Source: Nemertoderma westbladi (taxonomy: Eukaryota > Animalia > Xenacoelomorpha). From it: a DNA stretch of 64,000 nt. Location of the stretch: positions 1 through 64,000 of the forward strand of contig JAUCBJ010007997.1 in the NCBI GenBank assembly GCA_032718475.1, read 5' to 3'. Both the position numbers and the translations under genes were made by a program. This document shows positions 32,925 to 50,983 of the stretch, in pieces. The notes under the pieces are model-generated. The model did not search any database, had not been told where the DNA came from, and saw only the letters and a list, made by a program, of their open reading frames with translations. Each line of letters starts with the position of its first letter. Position 1 is the first letter of the stretch.

Positions 32925-35900
32925 ATTAGAGACCAACATACAACAATATATACATAGACAATACAAGTCGCACGATTAGAGACCAACATACAACAATATA
33001 TACATAGACAATACAAGTCGCACGATTAGAGACCAACATACAACAATATATACTGTACATAGACAATACAAGTCGCACGATTAGAGACCAACATACAACA
33101 ATATATACTGTACATAGACAATACAAGTCACACGATTAGAGACCAACATACAACAATATATACTGTACATAGACAATACAAGTCACACAATTAGAGACCA
33201 ACATACAACAATATATACTGTACATAGACAATACAAGTCACACGATTAGAGACCAACATACAACAATATATACTGTACATAGACAATACAAGTCACACAA
33301 TTAGAGACCAACATACAACAATATATACATAGACAATACAAGTCGCAAGATTAGAGACCAACATACAACAATATATACATAGACAATACAAGTCACACGA
33401 TTAGAGACCAACATACAACAATATATACATAGACAATACAAGTCGCACGATTAGAGACCAACATACAACAATATATACTGTACATAGACAATACAAGTCA
33501 CACGATTAGAGACCAACATACAACAATATATACATAGACAATACAAGTCACACGATTAGAGACCAACATACAACAATATATACTGTACATAGACAATACA
33601 AGTCACACAATTAGAGACCAACATACAACAATATATACATAGACAATACAAGTCGCACGATTAGAGACCAACATACAACAATATATACTGTACATAGACA
33701 ATACAAGTCACACAATTAGAGACCAACATACAACAATATATACATAGACAATACAAGTCGCACGATTAGAGACCAACATACAACAATATATACTGTACAT
33801 AGACAATACAAGTCACACGATTAGAGACCAACATACAACAATATATACTGTACATAGACAATACAAGTCACAAGATTAGAGACCAACATACAACAATATA
33901 TACATAGACAATACAAGTCGCACGATTAGAGACCAACATACAACAATATATACTGTACATAGACAATACAAGTCGCAAGATTAGAGACCAACATACAACA
34001 ATTTACATAGACAATACAAGTCACAAGATTAGAGACCAACATACAACAATATATACTGTACATAGACAATACAAGTCACAAGATTAGAGACCAACATAAA
34101 ACAATATATACTGTACATAGACAATACAAGTCACAAGATTAGAGACCAACATACAACAATATATACTGTACATAGACAATACAAGTCACACGATTAGAGA
34201 CCAACATACAACAATATACATAGACAATACAAGTCACAAGATTAGAGACCAACATACAACAATATATACTGTACATAGACAATACAAGTCACAAGATTAG
34301 AGACCAACATACAACAATATATACTGTACATAGACAATACAAGTCACACGATTAGAGACCAACATACAACAATATATACTGTACATAGACAATACAAGTC
34401 ACACGATTAGAGACCAACATACAACAATATACATAGACAATACAAGTCACAAGATTAGAGACCAACATACAACAATATATACTGTACATAGACAATACAA
34501 GTCACAAGATTAGAGACCAACATACAACAATATATACTGTACATAGACAATACAAGTCACACGATTAGAGACCAACATACAACAATATACATAGACAATA
34601 CAAGTCACAAGATTAGAGACCAACATACAACAATATATACTGTACATAGACAATACAAGTCACAAGATTAGAGACCAACATACAACAATTTACATAGACA
34701 ATACAAGTCACAAGATTAGAGACCAACATACAACAATATATACTGTACATAGACAATACAAGTCGCAAGATTAGAGACCAACATACAACAATTTACATAG
34801 ACAATACAAGTCACAAGATTAGAGACCAACATACAACAATATATACTGTACATAGACAATACAAGTCACAAGATTAGAGACCAACATAAAACAATATATA
34901 CTGTACATAGACAATACAAGTCACACGATTAGAGACCAACATACAACAATATACATAGACAATACAAGTCACAAGATTAGAGACCAACATACAACAATAT
35001 ATACTGTACATAGACAATACAAGTCACAAGATTAGAGACCAACATACAACAATTTACATAGACAATACAAGTCACAAGATTAGAGACCAACATACAACAA
35101 TATATACTGTACATAGACAATACAAGTCACAAGATTAGAGACCAACATAAAACAATATATACTGTACATAGACAATACAAGTCACACGATTAGAGACCAA
35201 CATACAACAATATACATAGACAATACAAGTCACAAGATTAGAGACCAACATACAACAATATATACTGTACATAGACAATACAAGTCACAAGATTAGAGAC
35301 CAACATACAACAATATATACTGTACATAGACAATACAAGTCGCACGATTAGAGACCAACATACAACAATATATACTGTACATAGACAATACAAGTCGCAC
35401 GATTAGAGACCAACATACAACAATATATACATAGACAATACAAGTCGCACGATTAGAGACCAACATACAACAATATATACTGTACATAGACAATACAAGT
35501 CGCACGATTAGAGACCAACATACAACAATATATACATAGACAATACAAGTCGCACGATTAGAGACCAACATACAACAATATATACTGTACATAGACAATA
35601 CAAGTCACACGATTAGAGACCAACATACAACAATATATACTGTACATAGACAATACAAGTCACAAGATTAGAGACCAACATACAACAATATATACATAGA
35701 CAATACAAGTCGCACGATTAGAGACCAACATACAACAATATATACATAGACAATACAAGTCGCACGATTAGAGACCAACATACAACAATATATACTGTAC
35801 ATAGACAATACAAGTCACAAGATTAGAGACCAACATACAACAATATATACATAGACAATACAAGTCACACGATTAGAGACCAACATACAACAATATATAC

Positions 35901-38900
35901 ATAGACAATACAAGTCACAAGATTAGAGACCAACATACAACAATATATACTGTACATAGACAATACAAGTCACAAGATTAGAGACCAACATACAACAATA
36001 TATACATAGACAATACAAGTCACACGATTAGAGACCAACATACAACAATATATACATAGACAATACAAGTCACACGATTAGAGACCAACATACAACAATA
36101 TATACATAGACAATACAAGTCGCACGATTATATACCAACATACAACAATATATACATAGACAATACAAGTCACACAATTAGAGACCAACATACAACAATA
36201 TATACTGTACATAGACAATACAAGTCACACGATTAGAGACCAACATACAACAATATATACATAGACAATACAAGTCACACGATTAGAGACCAACATACAC
36301 CAATATATACTGTACATAGACAATACAAGTCACAAGATTAGAGACCAACATACAACAATATATACATAGACAATACAAGTCACACGATTAGAGACCAACA
36401 TACAACAATATATACATAGACAATACAAGTCACACGATTAGAGACCAACATACAACAATATATACATAGACAATACAAGTCGCACGATTATATACCAACA
36501 TACAACAATATATACATAGACAATACAAGTCACACAATTAGAGACCAACATACAACAATATATACTGTACATAGACAATACAAGTCACACGATTAGAGAC
36601 CAACATACAACAATATATACATAGACAATACAAGTCACACGATTAGAGACCAACATACAACAATATATACTGTACATAGACAATACAAGTCACACGATTA
36701 GAGACCAACATACAACAATATATACTGTACATAGACAATACAAGTCACAAGATTAGAGACCAACATACAACAATATATACTGTACATAGACAATACAAGT
36801 CACACAATTAGAGACCAACATACAACAATATATACTGTACATAGACAATACAAGTCGCACGATTAGAGACCAACATACAACAATATATACTGTACATAGA
36901 CAATACAAGTCACACAATTAGAGACCAACATACAACAATATATACTGTACATAGACAATACAAGTCGCACGATTAGAGACCAACATACAACAATATATAC
37001 ATAGACAATACAAGTCGCACGATTAGAGACCAACATACAACAATATATACATAGACAATACAAGTCACACAATTAGAGACCAACATACAACAATATATAC
37101 ATAGACAATACAAGTCACACGATTAGAGACCAACATACAACAATATATACATAGACAATACAAGTCACACGATTAGAGACCAACATACAACAATATATAC
37201 TGTACATAGACAATACAAGTCGCACGATTAGAGACCAACATACAACAATATATACTGTACATAGACAATACAAGTCACAAGATTAGAGACCAACATACAA
37301 CAATATATACATAGACAATACAAGTCACACGATTAGAGACCAACATACAACAATATATACATAGACAATACAAGTCGCACGATTAGAGACCAACATACAA
37401 CAATATATACATAGACAATACAAGTCACACGATTAGAGACCAACATACAACAATATATACATAGACAATACAAGTCACACGATTAGAGACCAACATACAA
37501 CAATATATACTGTACATAGACAATACAAGTCGCACGATTAGAGACCAACATACAACAATATATACTGTACATAGACAATACAAGTCACAAGATTAGAGAC
37601 CAACATACAACAATATGTACATAGACAATACAAGTCACACGATTAGAGACCAACATACAACAATATATACATAGACAATACAAGTCGCACGATTAGAGAC
37701 CAACATACAACAATATATACTGTACATAGACAATACAAGTCACACGATTAGAGACCAACATACAACAATATATACTGTACATAGACAATACAAGTCACAA
37801 GATTAGAGACCAACATACAACAATATATACATAGACAATACAAGTCACAAGATTAGAGACCAACATACAACAATATATACTGTACATAGACAATACAAGT
37901 CGCACGATTAGATACCAACATACAACAATATATACATAGACAATACAAGTCACACAATTAGAGACCAACATACAACAATATATACTGTACATAGACAATA
38001 CAAGTCGCACGATTAGAGACCAACATACAACAATATATACATAGACAATACAAGTCACAAGATTAGAGACCAACATACAACAATATATACATAGACAATA
38101 CAAGTCACACGATTAGAGACCAACATACAACAATATATACTGTACATAGACAATACAAGTCACACGATTAGAGACCAACATACAACAATATATACTGTAC
38201 ATAGACAATACAAGTCACACGATTAGAGACCAACATACAACAATATATACATAGACAATACAAGTCGCACGATTAGAGACCAACATACAACAATATATAC
38301 TGTACATAGACAATACAAGTCACACGATTAGAGACCAACATACAACAATATATACTGTACATAGACAATACAAGTCACACGATTAGAGACCAACATACAA
38401 CAATATATACTTACATAGACAATACAAGTCGCACGATTAGAGACCAACATACAACAATATATACTGTACATAGACAATACAAGTCACACGATTAGAGACC
38501 AACATACAACAATATATACTGTACATAGACAATACAAGTCACACGATTAGAGACCAACATACAACAATATATACATAGACAATACAAGTCGCACGATTAG
38601 AGACCAACATACAACAATATATACTGTACATAGACAATACAAGTCACACGATTAGAGACCAACATACAACAATATATACATAGACAATACAAGTCGCACG
38701 ATTAGAGACCAACATACAACAATATATACTGTACATAGACAATACAAGTCACAAGATTAGATACCAACATACAACAATATATACATAGACAATACAAGTC
38801 ACACGATTAGAGACCAACATACAACAATATATACTGTACATAGACAATACAAGTCACACGATTAGAGACCAACATACAACAATATATACTGTACATAGAC

Positions 38901-41900
38901 AATACAAGTCGCACGATTAGAGACCAACATACAACAATATATACTGTACATAGACAATACAAGTCGCACGATTAGAGACCAACATACAACAATATATACA
39001 TAGACAATACAAGTCACAAGATTAGAGACCAACATACAACAAATATATACATAGACAATACAAGTCACAAGATTAGAGACCAACATACAACAATATATAC
39101 TGTACATAGACAATACAAGTCACACGATTAGAGACCAACATACAACAATATATACTGTACATAGACAATACAAGTCACAAGATTAGAGACCAACATACAA
39201 CAATATATACATAGACAATACAAGTCGCACGATTAGAGACCAACATACAACAATATATACTGTACATAGACAATACAAGTCACAAGATTAGAGACCAACA
39301 TACAACAATATATACTGTACATAGACAATACAAGTCACACGATTAGAGACCAACATACAACAATATATACATAGACAATACAAGTCACACGATTAGAGAC
39401 CAACATACAACAATATATACTGTACATAGACAATACAAGTCACACGATTAGAGACCAACATACAACAATATATACTGTACATAGACAATACAAGTCACAC
39501 GATTAGAGACCAACATACAACAATATATACTGTACATAGACAATACAAGTCACAAGATTAGAGACCAACATACAACAATATATACATAGACAATACAAGT
39601 CACAAGATTAGAGACCAACATACAACAATATATACATAGACAATACAAGTCACACGATTAGAGACCAACATACAACAATATATACATAGACAATACAAGT
39701 CGCACGATTAGAGACCAACATACAACAATATATACATAGACAATACAAGTCACACGATTAGAGACCAACATACAACAATATATACATAGACAATACAAGT
39801 CACACGATTAGAGACCAACATACAACAATATATACTGTACATAGACAATACAAGTCGCACGATTAGAGACCAACATACAACAATATATACTGTCATAGAC
39901 AATACAAGTCACAAGATTAGAGACCAACATACAACAATATATACATAGACAATACAAGTCACACGATTAGAGACCAACATACAACAATATATACATAGAC
40001 AATACAAGTCGCACGATTAGAGACCAACATACAACAATATATACTGTACATAGACAATACAAGTCACACGATTAGAGACCAACATACAACAATATATACT
40101 GTACATAGACAATACAAGTCACAAGATTAGAGACCAACATACAACAATATATACATAGACAATACAAGTCGCACGATTAGAGACCAACATACAACAATAT
40201 ATACATAGACAATACAAGTCACACGATTAGAGACCAACATACAACAATATATACTGTACATAGACAATACAAGTCGCACGATTAGAGACCAACATACAAC
40301 AATATATACATAGACAATACAAGTCACAAGATTAGAGACCAACATACAACAATATATACATAGACAATACAAGTCACAAGATTAGAGACCAACATACAAC
40401 AATATATACATAGACAATACAAGTCGCACGATTAGAGACCAACATACAACAATATATACTGTACATAGACAATACAAGTCACACGATTAGAGACCAACAT
40501 ACAACAATATATACTGTACATAGACAATACAAGTCGCACGATTAGAGACCAACATACAACAATATATACATAGACAATACAAGTCACAAGATTAGAGACC
40601 AACATACAACAATATATACATAGACAATACAAGTCACAAGATTAGAGACCAACATACAACAATATATACATAGACAATACAAGTCGCACGATTAGAGACC
40701 AACATACAACAATATATACATAGACAATACAAGTCGCACGATTAGAGACCAACATACAACATATATACTGTACATAGACAATACAAGTCACAAGATTAGA
40801 GACCAACATACAACAATATATACATAGACAATACAAGTCGCACAATTAGAGACCAACATACAACAATATATACATAGACAATACAAGTCACACGATTAGA
40901 GACCAACATACAACAATATATACTGTACATAGACAATACAAGTCACACGATTAGAGACCAACATACAACAATATATACTGTACATAGACAATACAAGTCA
41001 CACGATTAGAGACCAACATACAACAATATATACATAGACAATACAAGTCACACGATTAGAGACCAACATACAACAATATATACTGTACATAGACAATACA
41101 AGTCACACGATTAGAGACCAACATACAACAATATATACATAGACAATACAAGTCGCACGATTAGAGACCAACATACAACAATATATACTGTACATAGACA
41201 ATACAAGTCACAAGATTAGAGACCAACATACAACAATATATACATAGACAATACAAGTCACACGATTAGAGACCAACATACAACAATATATACTGTACAT
41301 AGACAATACAAGTCACACGATTAGAGACCAACATACAACAATATATACTGTACATAGACAATACAAGTCACAAGATTAGAGACCAACATACAACAATATA
41401 TACATAGACAATACAAGTCGCACGATTAGAGACCAACATACAACAATATATACTGTACATAGACAATACAAGTCACACGATTAGAGACCAACATACAACA
41501 ATATATACATAGACAATACAAGTCGCACGATTAGAGACCAACATACAACAATATATACTGTACATAGACAATACAAGTCACACGATTAGAGACCAACATA
41601 CAACAATATATACTGTACATAGACAATACAAGTCACAAGATTAGAGACCAACATACAACAATATATACATAGACAATACAAGTCGCACGATTAGAGACCA
41701 ACATACAACAATATATACTGTACATAGACAATACAAGTCACAAGATTAGAGACCAACATACAACAATATATACATAGACAATACAAGTCGCACGATTAGA
41801 GACCAACATACAACAATATATACTGTACATAGACAATACAAGTCACACGATTAGAGACCAACATACAACAATATATACTGTACATAGACAATACAAGTCA

Positions 41901-44900
41901 CAAGATTAGAGACCAACATACAACAATATATACATAGACAATACAAGTCGCACGATTAGAGACCAACATACAACAATATATACTGTACATAGACAATACA
42001 AGTCACACGATTAGAGACCAACATACAACAATATATACATAGACAATACAAGTCGCACGATTAGAGACCAACATACAACAATATATACTGTACATAGACA
42101 ATACAAGTCACACGATTAGAGACCAACATACAACAATATATACTGTACATAGACAATACAAGTCACAAGATTAGAGACCAACATACAACAATATATACAT
42201 AGACAATACAAGTCGCACGATTAGAGACCAACATACAACAATATATACTGTACATAGACAATACAAGTCACACGATTAGAGACCAACATACAACAATATA
42301 TACTGTACATAGACAATACAAGTCGCACAATTAGAGACCAACATACAACAATATATACTGTACATAGACAATACAAGTCGCACGATTAGAGACCAACATA
42401 CAACAATATATACTGTACATAGACAATACAAGTCACAAGATTAGAGACCAACATACAACAATATATACTGTACATAGACAATACAAGTCACAAGATTAGA
42501 GACCAACATACAACAATATATACATAGACAATACAAGTCGCACGATTAGAGACCAACATACAACAATATATACATAGACAATACAAGTCACACGATTAGA
42601 GACCAACATACAACAATATATACTGTACATAGACAATACAAGTCACAAGATTAGAGACCAACATACAACAATATATACTGTACATAGACAATACAAGTCA
42701 CACAATTAGAGACCAACATACAACAATATATACATAGACAATACAAGTCGCACGATTAGAGACCAACATACAACAATATATACTGTACATAGACAATACA
42801 AGTCACACGATTAGAGACCAACATACAACAATATATACATAGACAATACAAGTCACACGATTAGAGACCAACATACAACAATATATACATAGACAATACA
42901 AGTCACACGATTAGAGACCAACATACAACAATATATACATAGACAATACAAGTCGCACGATTAGAGACCAACATACAACAATATATACATAGACAATACA
43001 AGTCACACAATTAGAGACCAACATACAACAATATATACTGTACATAGACAATACAAGTCACACGATTAGAGACCAACATACAACAATATATACTGTACAT
43101 AGACAATACAAGTCACACGATTAGAGACCAACATACAACAATATATACATAGACAATACAAGTCGCACGATTAGAGACCAACATACAACAATATATACAT
43201 AGACAATACAAGTCACACGATTAGAGACCAACATACAACAATATATACTGTATAGACAATACAAGTCGCACGATTAGAGACCAACATACAACAATATATA
43301 CATAGACAATACAAGTCACACGATTAGAGACCAACATACAACAATATATACTGTACATAGACAATACAAGTCACACGATTAGAGACCAACATACAACAAT
43401 ATATACATAGACAATACAAGTCACACGATTAGAGACCAACATACAACAATATATACATAGACAATACAAGTCGCACGATTAGAGACCAACATACAACAAT
43501 ATATACATAGACAATACAAGTCACACGATTAGAGACCAACATACAACAATATATACATAGACAATACAAGTCGCACGATTAGAGACCAACATACAACAAT
43601 ATATACATAGACAATACAAGTCACACGATTAGAGACCAACATACAACAATATATACATAGACAATACAAGTCACACGATTAGAGACCAACATACAACAAT
43701 ATATACATAGACAATACAAGTCGCACGATTAGAGACCAACATACAACAATATATACATAGACAATACAAGTCACACGATTAGAGACCAACATACAACAAT
43801 ATATACTGTACATAGACAATACAAGTCACACGATTAGAGACCAACATACAACAATATATACATAGACAATACAAGTCACACGATTAGAGACCAACATACA
43901 ACAATATATACATAGACAATACAAGTCGCACGATTAGAGACCAACATACAACAATATATACATAGACAATACAAGTCACACGATTAGAGACCAACATACA
44001 ACAATATATACTGTACATAGACAATACAAGTCACACGATTAGAGACCAACATACAACAATATATACATAGACAATACAAGTCGCACGATTAGAGACCAAC
44101 ATACAACAATATATACATAGACAATACAAGTCGCACGATTAGAGACCAACATACAACAATATATACTGTACATAGACAATACAAGTCACAAGATTAGAGA
44201 CCAACATACAACAATATATACATAGACAATACAAGTCACACGATTAGAGACCAACATACAACAATATATACATAGACAATACAAGTCACACGATTAGAGA
44301 CCAACATACAACAATATATACTGTACATAGACAATACAAGTCACACGATTAGAGACCAACATACAACAATATATACATAGACAATACAAGTCACACGATT
44401 AGAGACCAACATACAACAATATATACATAGACAATACAAGTCGCACGATTAGAGACCAACATACAACAATATATACATAGACAATACAAGTCACACGATT
44501 AGAGACCAACATACAACAATATATACTGTACATAGACAATACAAGTCACACGATTAGAGACCAACATACAACAATATATACATAGACAATACAAGTCACA
44601 CGATTAGAGACCAACATACAACAATATATACATAGACAATACAAGTCACAAGATTAGAGACCAACATACAACAATATATACATAGACAATACAAGTCACA
44701 CAGATTAGAGACCAACATACAACAATATATACTGTACATAGACAATACAAGTCACAAGATTAGAGACCAACATACAACAATATATACATAGACAATACAA
44801 GTCGCACGATTAGAGACCAACATACAACAATATATACTGTACATAGACAATACAAGTCACAAGATTAGAGACCAACATACAACAATATATACTGTACATA

Positions 44901-47900
44901 GACAATACAAGTCACACGATTAGAGACCAACATACAACAATATATACATAGACAATACAAGTCACACGATTAGAGACCAACATACAACAATATATACATA
45001 GACAATACAAGTCACACGATTAGAGACCAACATACAACAATATATACTGTACATAGACAATACAAGTCACAAGATTAGAGACCAACATACAACAATATAT
45101 ACATAGACAATACAAGTCACACGATTAGAGACCAACATACAACAATATATACTGTACATAGACAATACAAGTCACACAATTAGAGACCAACATACAACAA
45201 TATATACTGTACATAGACAATACAAGTCACACGATTAGAGACCAACATACAACAATATATACTGTACATAGACAATACAAGTCACAAGATTAGAGACCAA
45301 CATACAACAATATATACTGTACATAGACAATACAAGTCACACAATTAGAGACCAACATACAACAATATATACTGTACATAGACAATACAAGTCGCACGAT
45401 TAGAGACCAACATACAACAATATATACATAGACAATACAAGTCGCACGATTAGAGACCAACATACAACAATATATACTGTACATAGACAATACAAGTCAC
45501 ACAATTAGAGACCAACATACAACAATATATACTGTACATAGACAATACAAGTCGCACGATTAGAGACCAACATACAACAATATATACATAGACAATACAA
45601 GTCGCACGATTAGAGACCAACATACAACAATATATACTGTACATAGACAATACAAGTCACACGATTAGAGACCAACATACAACAATATATACATAGACAA
45701 TACAAGTCACAAGATTAGAGACCAACATACAACAATATATACATAGACAATACAAGTCGCACGATTAGAGACCAACATACAACAATATATACTGTACATA
45801 GACAATACAAGTCACAAGATTAGAGACCAACATACAACAATATATACTGTACATAGACAATACAAGTCACAAGATTAGAGACCAACATACAACAATATAT
45901 ACTGTACATAGACAATACAAGTCACACGATTAGAGACCAACATACAACAATATATACATAGACAATACAAGTCACAAGATTAGAGACCAACATACAACAA
46001 TATATACTGTACATAGACAATACAAGTCACAAGATTAGAGACCAACATACAACAATATATACTGTACATAGACAATACAAGTCACAAGATTAGAGACCAA
46101 CATACAACAATATATACTGTACATAGACAATACAAGTCACAAGATTAGAGACCAACATACAACAATATATACTGTACATAGACAATACAAGTCACAAGAT
46201 TAGAGACCAACATACAACAATATATACTGTACATAGACAATACAAGTCACAAGATTAGAGACCAACATACAACAATATATACTGTACATAGACAATACAA
46301 GTCACAAGATTAGAGACCAACATACAACAATATATACTGTACATAGACAATACAAGTCACAAGATTAGAGACCAACATACAACAATATATACTGTACATA
46401 GACAATACAAGTCACACGATTAGAGACCAACATACAACAATATATACTGTACATAGACAATACAAGTCACACGATTAGAGACCAACATACAACAATATAT
46501 ACTGTACATAGACAATACAAGTCACAAGATTAGAGACCAACATACAACAATATATACATAGACAATACAAGTCACACGATTAGAGACCAACATACAACAA
46601 TATATACATAGACAATACAAGTCACAAGATTAGAGACCAACATACAACAATATATACTGTACATAGACAATACAAGTCACAAGATTAGAGACCAACATAC
46701 AACAATATATACTGTACATAGACAATACAAGTCACAAGATTAGAGACCAACATACAACAATATATACTGTACATAGACAATACAAGTCACACGATTAGAG
46801 ACCAACATACAACAATATATACATAGACAATACAAGTCGCACAATTAGAGACCAACATACAACAATATATACTGTACATAGACAATACAAGTCACACGAT
46901 TAGAGACCAACATACAACAATATATACATAGACAATACAAGTCGCACGATTAGAGACCAACATACAACAATATATACATAGACAATACAAGTCACACGAT
47001 TAGAGACCAACATACAACAATATATACATAGACAATACAAGTCACACGATTAGAGACCAACATACAACAATATATACATAGACAATACAAGTCGCACAAT
47101 TAGAGACCAACATACAACAATATATACTGTACATAGACAATACAAGTCACACGATTAGAGACCAACATACAACAATATATACATAGACAATACAAGTCGC
47201 ACGATTAGAGACCAACATACAACAATATATACATAGACAATACAAGTCACACAATTAGAGACCAACATACAACAATATATACATAGACAATACAAGTCAC
47301 ACGATTAGAGACCAACATACAACAATATATACATAGACAATACAAGTCACAAGATTAGAGACCAACATACAACAATATATACATAGACAATACAAGTCAC
47401 AAGATTAGAGACCAACATACAACAATATATACATAGACAATACAAGTCGCACGATTAGAGACCAACATACAACAATATATACTGTACATAGACAATACAA
47501 GTCACAAGATTAGAGACCAACATACAACAATATATACTGTACATAGACAATACAAGTCACAAGATTAGAGACCAACATACAACAATATATACATAGACAA
47601 TACAAGTCGCACGATTAGAGACCAACATACAACAATATATACTGTACATAGACAATACAAGTCACAAGATTAGAGACCAACATACAACAATATATACTGT
47701 ACATAGACAATACAAGTCACAAGATTAGAGACCAACATACAACAATATATACTGTACATAGACAATACAAGTCACACGATTAGAGACCAACATACAACAA
47801 TATATACATAGACAATACAAGTCGCACAATTAGAGACCAACATACAACAATATATACATAGACAATACAAGTCACAAGATTAGAGACCAACATACAACAA

Positions 47901-49828
47901 TATATACTGTACATAGACAATACAAGTCACAAGATTAGAGACCAACATACAACAATATATACTGTACATAGACAATACAAGTCACAAGATTAGAGACCAA
48001 CATACAACAATATATACTGTACATAGACAATACAAGTCACACGATTAGAGACCAACATACAACAATATATACATAGACAATACAAGTCACAAGATTAGAG
48101 ACCAACATACAACAATATATACTGTACATAGACAATACAAGTCACAAGATTAGAGACCAACATACAACAATATATACTGTACATAGACAATACAAGTCAC
48201 AAGATTAGAGACCAACATACAACAATATATACTGTACATAGACAATACAAGTCACACGATTAGAGACCAACATACAACAATATATACATAGACAATACAA
48301 GTCGCACAATTAGAGACCAACATACAACAATATATACTGTACATAGACAATACAAGTCACACGATTAGAGACCAACATACAACAATATATACATAGACAA
48401 TACAAGTCGCACGATTAGAGACCAACATACAACAATATATACATAGACAATACAAGTCACACGATTAGAGACCAACATACAACAATATATACATAGACAA
48501 TACAAGTCACACGATTAGAGACCAACATACAACAATATATACATAGACAATACAAGTCGCACAATTAGAGACCAACATACAACAATATATACTGTACATA
48601 GACAATACAAGTCACACGATTAGAGACCAACATACAACAATATATACATAGACAATACAAGTCGCACGATTAGAGACCAACATACAACAATATATACATA
48701 GACAATACAAGTCACACAATTAGAGACCAACATACAACAATATATACTGTACATAGACAATACAAGTCACAAGATTAGAGACCAACATACAACAATATAT
48801 ACTGTACATAGACAATACAAGTCACACGATTAGAGACCAACATACAACAATATATACATAGACAATACAAGTCACACGATTAGAGACCAACATACAACAA
48901 TATATACTGTACATAGACAATACAAGTCACAAGATTAGAGACCAACATACAACAATATATACTGTACATAGACAATACAAGTCACACGATTAGAGACCAA
49001 CATACAACAATATATACTATAGACAATACAAGTCACACAATTAGAGACCAACATACAACAATATATACTGTACATAGACAATACAAGTCACACGATTAGA
49101 GACCAACATACAACAATATATACTGTACATAGACAATACAAGTCACAAGATTAGAGACCAACATACAACAATATATACTGTACATAGACAATACAAGTCA
49201 CACGATTAGAGACCAACATACAACAATATATACTGTACATAGACAATACAAGTCACACGATTAGAGACCAACATACAACAATATATACATAGACAATACA
49301 AGTCACACGATTAGAGACCAACATACAACAATATATACTGTACATAGACAATACAAGTCGCACGATTAGAGACCAACATACAACAATATATACTGTACAT
49401 AGACAATACAAGTCACAAGATTAGAGACCAACATACAACAATATATACTGTACATAGACAATACAAGTCACACGATTAGAGACCAACATACAACAATATA
49501 TACATAGACAATACAAGTCGCACGATTAGAGACCAACATACAACAATATATACATAGACAATACAAGTCGCACGATTAGAGACCAACATACAACAATATA
49601 TACATAGACAATACAAGTCGCACGATTAGAGACCAACATACAACAATATATACATAGACAATACAAGTCACACGATTAGAGACCAACATACAACAATATA
49701 TACTGTACATAGACAATACAAGTCACACGATTAGAGACCAACATACAACAATATATACTGTACATAGACAATACAAGTCACACGATTAGAGACCCACATA
49801 CAACAATATATACCGAGACAATACAAGT
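32925..49828. repeat. 50/55-bp satellite, right block (~16.9 kb)
   Basis: Same unit as 16344..18712, resuming in register after the LTR element. Confidence 0.97.
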
Positions 49829-49889
49829 AGTCAAGGGCGAACATGACCTTGGGTAGAGAAATACAACACCGTAGCAATGAGGTCTACAT

Positions 49890-50010
49890 CTGTGAGTCCG
49901 GCAATGTCTGAGAGCCGGGCAATGATGTCTTTGACTTGGCTGACCCAATGGGTAACCACCTCATTACAGTATGACAGTGGACCGATAGGGGAACCCAGCA
50001 GCCCTGTAGA
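49890..50010 (-). pseudogene. Possible decayed non-LTR (CRE/R2-like) RT fragment
   Basis: GLLGSPIGPLSYCNEVVTHWVSQVKDIIARLSDIA resembles the LLGxPIG...V...L..L segment at the end of the RT core of CRE-like elements. Short match only. Confidence 0.3.
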
Positions 50011-50366
50011 CAGAGCTGGGATTGACTCTATTAAACTAATACACGCTATTAATTCACACCCCAAACAAATTAGTTACCAACTCCCGAAAAGGAAATATAG
50101 AAATATACATCATACAGTATAGCCCCCGTCTGACATACCTTTTTAATAATCAAATGACCACGGCTTTTCCCCGCGGTTCTAAAACATTCTTGAATAACCC
50201 CAGTTTACACCAGTAGCGATACTACTCATGTTTAGCAAAATATATGAACACTGTCGATCCTAGAATCAACACTTAATTAATACTCAATTACTATCGTACC
50301 TGGACCACTAATCACTACTAACTGAATGTCAACATGGTTTTCGGAAAAAACGGTCGACTACATGTG

Positions 50367-50482
50367 CGGTGTTCGGACACTTCCCCCCCGGACAGTCCCC
50401 CCCCCCCCCCGCTCAAGTAGGACACTTCCCCCCAGACACTTCCCCCCCAGACACTTCCCCCCCGCGGACACTTCCCCCCCGA
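50367..50482. repeat. GGACACTTCCCCCC short repeats, probably one end of a non-autonomous DNA transposon
   Basis: About five GGACACTTCCCCCC-type units after CGGTGTTC; no matching opposite end seen. Confidence 0.4.
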
Positions 50483-50983
50483 CTGTTCTTAACTTCGCAC
50501 ATTCGTATTTTTCATTTTGTAAGGTAAACGGACCGCTTGTATCCAGACAAGTTGTATCCAATTTTCCTTTCGTAGCTCAGAAACTGTTCTTTTGCATCAC
50601 GATTTTACATTTTATATCCAAGTTTTATTTATTGGTTTTATCAATGCAATTACATCGTATTGTTTGCTAATCTTTAAACAATTAATTAGATGACCTATAA
50701 ATTCCATCCCCCGAATGATATACTGTTTTTATTAACTATAGAATTATAATAATTAATTGTTTTAATTATATGTATTATTATGTAATAGTCTTCTTCAAAT
50801 TGTAGCAGATGGGGGGGGGGGGGGATGAATATTATTGTTGTAATCAAAATTATACCTCTCCAGGGTAAAATCGACATGCGTCTACCTGTATTCTGTGTTC
50901 AGCATTACATATTGATATACATATTACTATACATACTATATAGATATTATACACACTACATATTAAATTTCCTGGTTACTTGC

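Noticed and set aside
16344-49828. Satellite as a CRISPR-like array or coding repeats
   Set aside because: No unique spacers, no cas genes, eukaryotic context; the ORFs are repeat artefacts.
50480-50523. ...TTT GTA AG|GTAAAC as the upstream globin exon (would give FVR-IFEEHP)
   Set aside because: The upstream translation lacks the A12 Trp and B6 Gly and runs into a C-rich repeat; treated as coincidence, though RNA-seq could test it.
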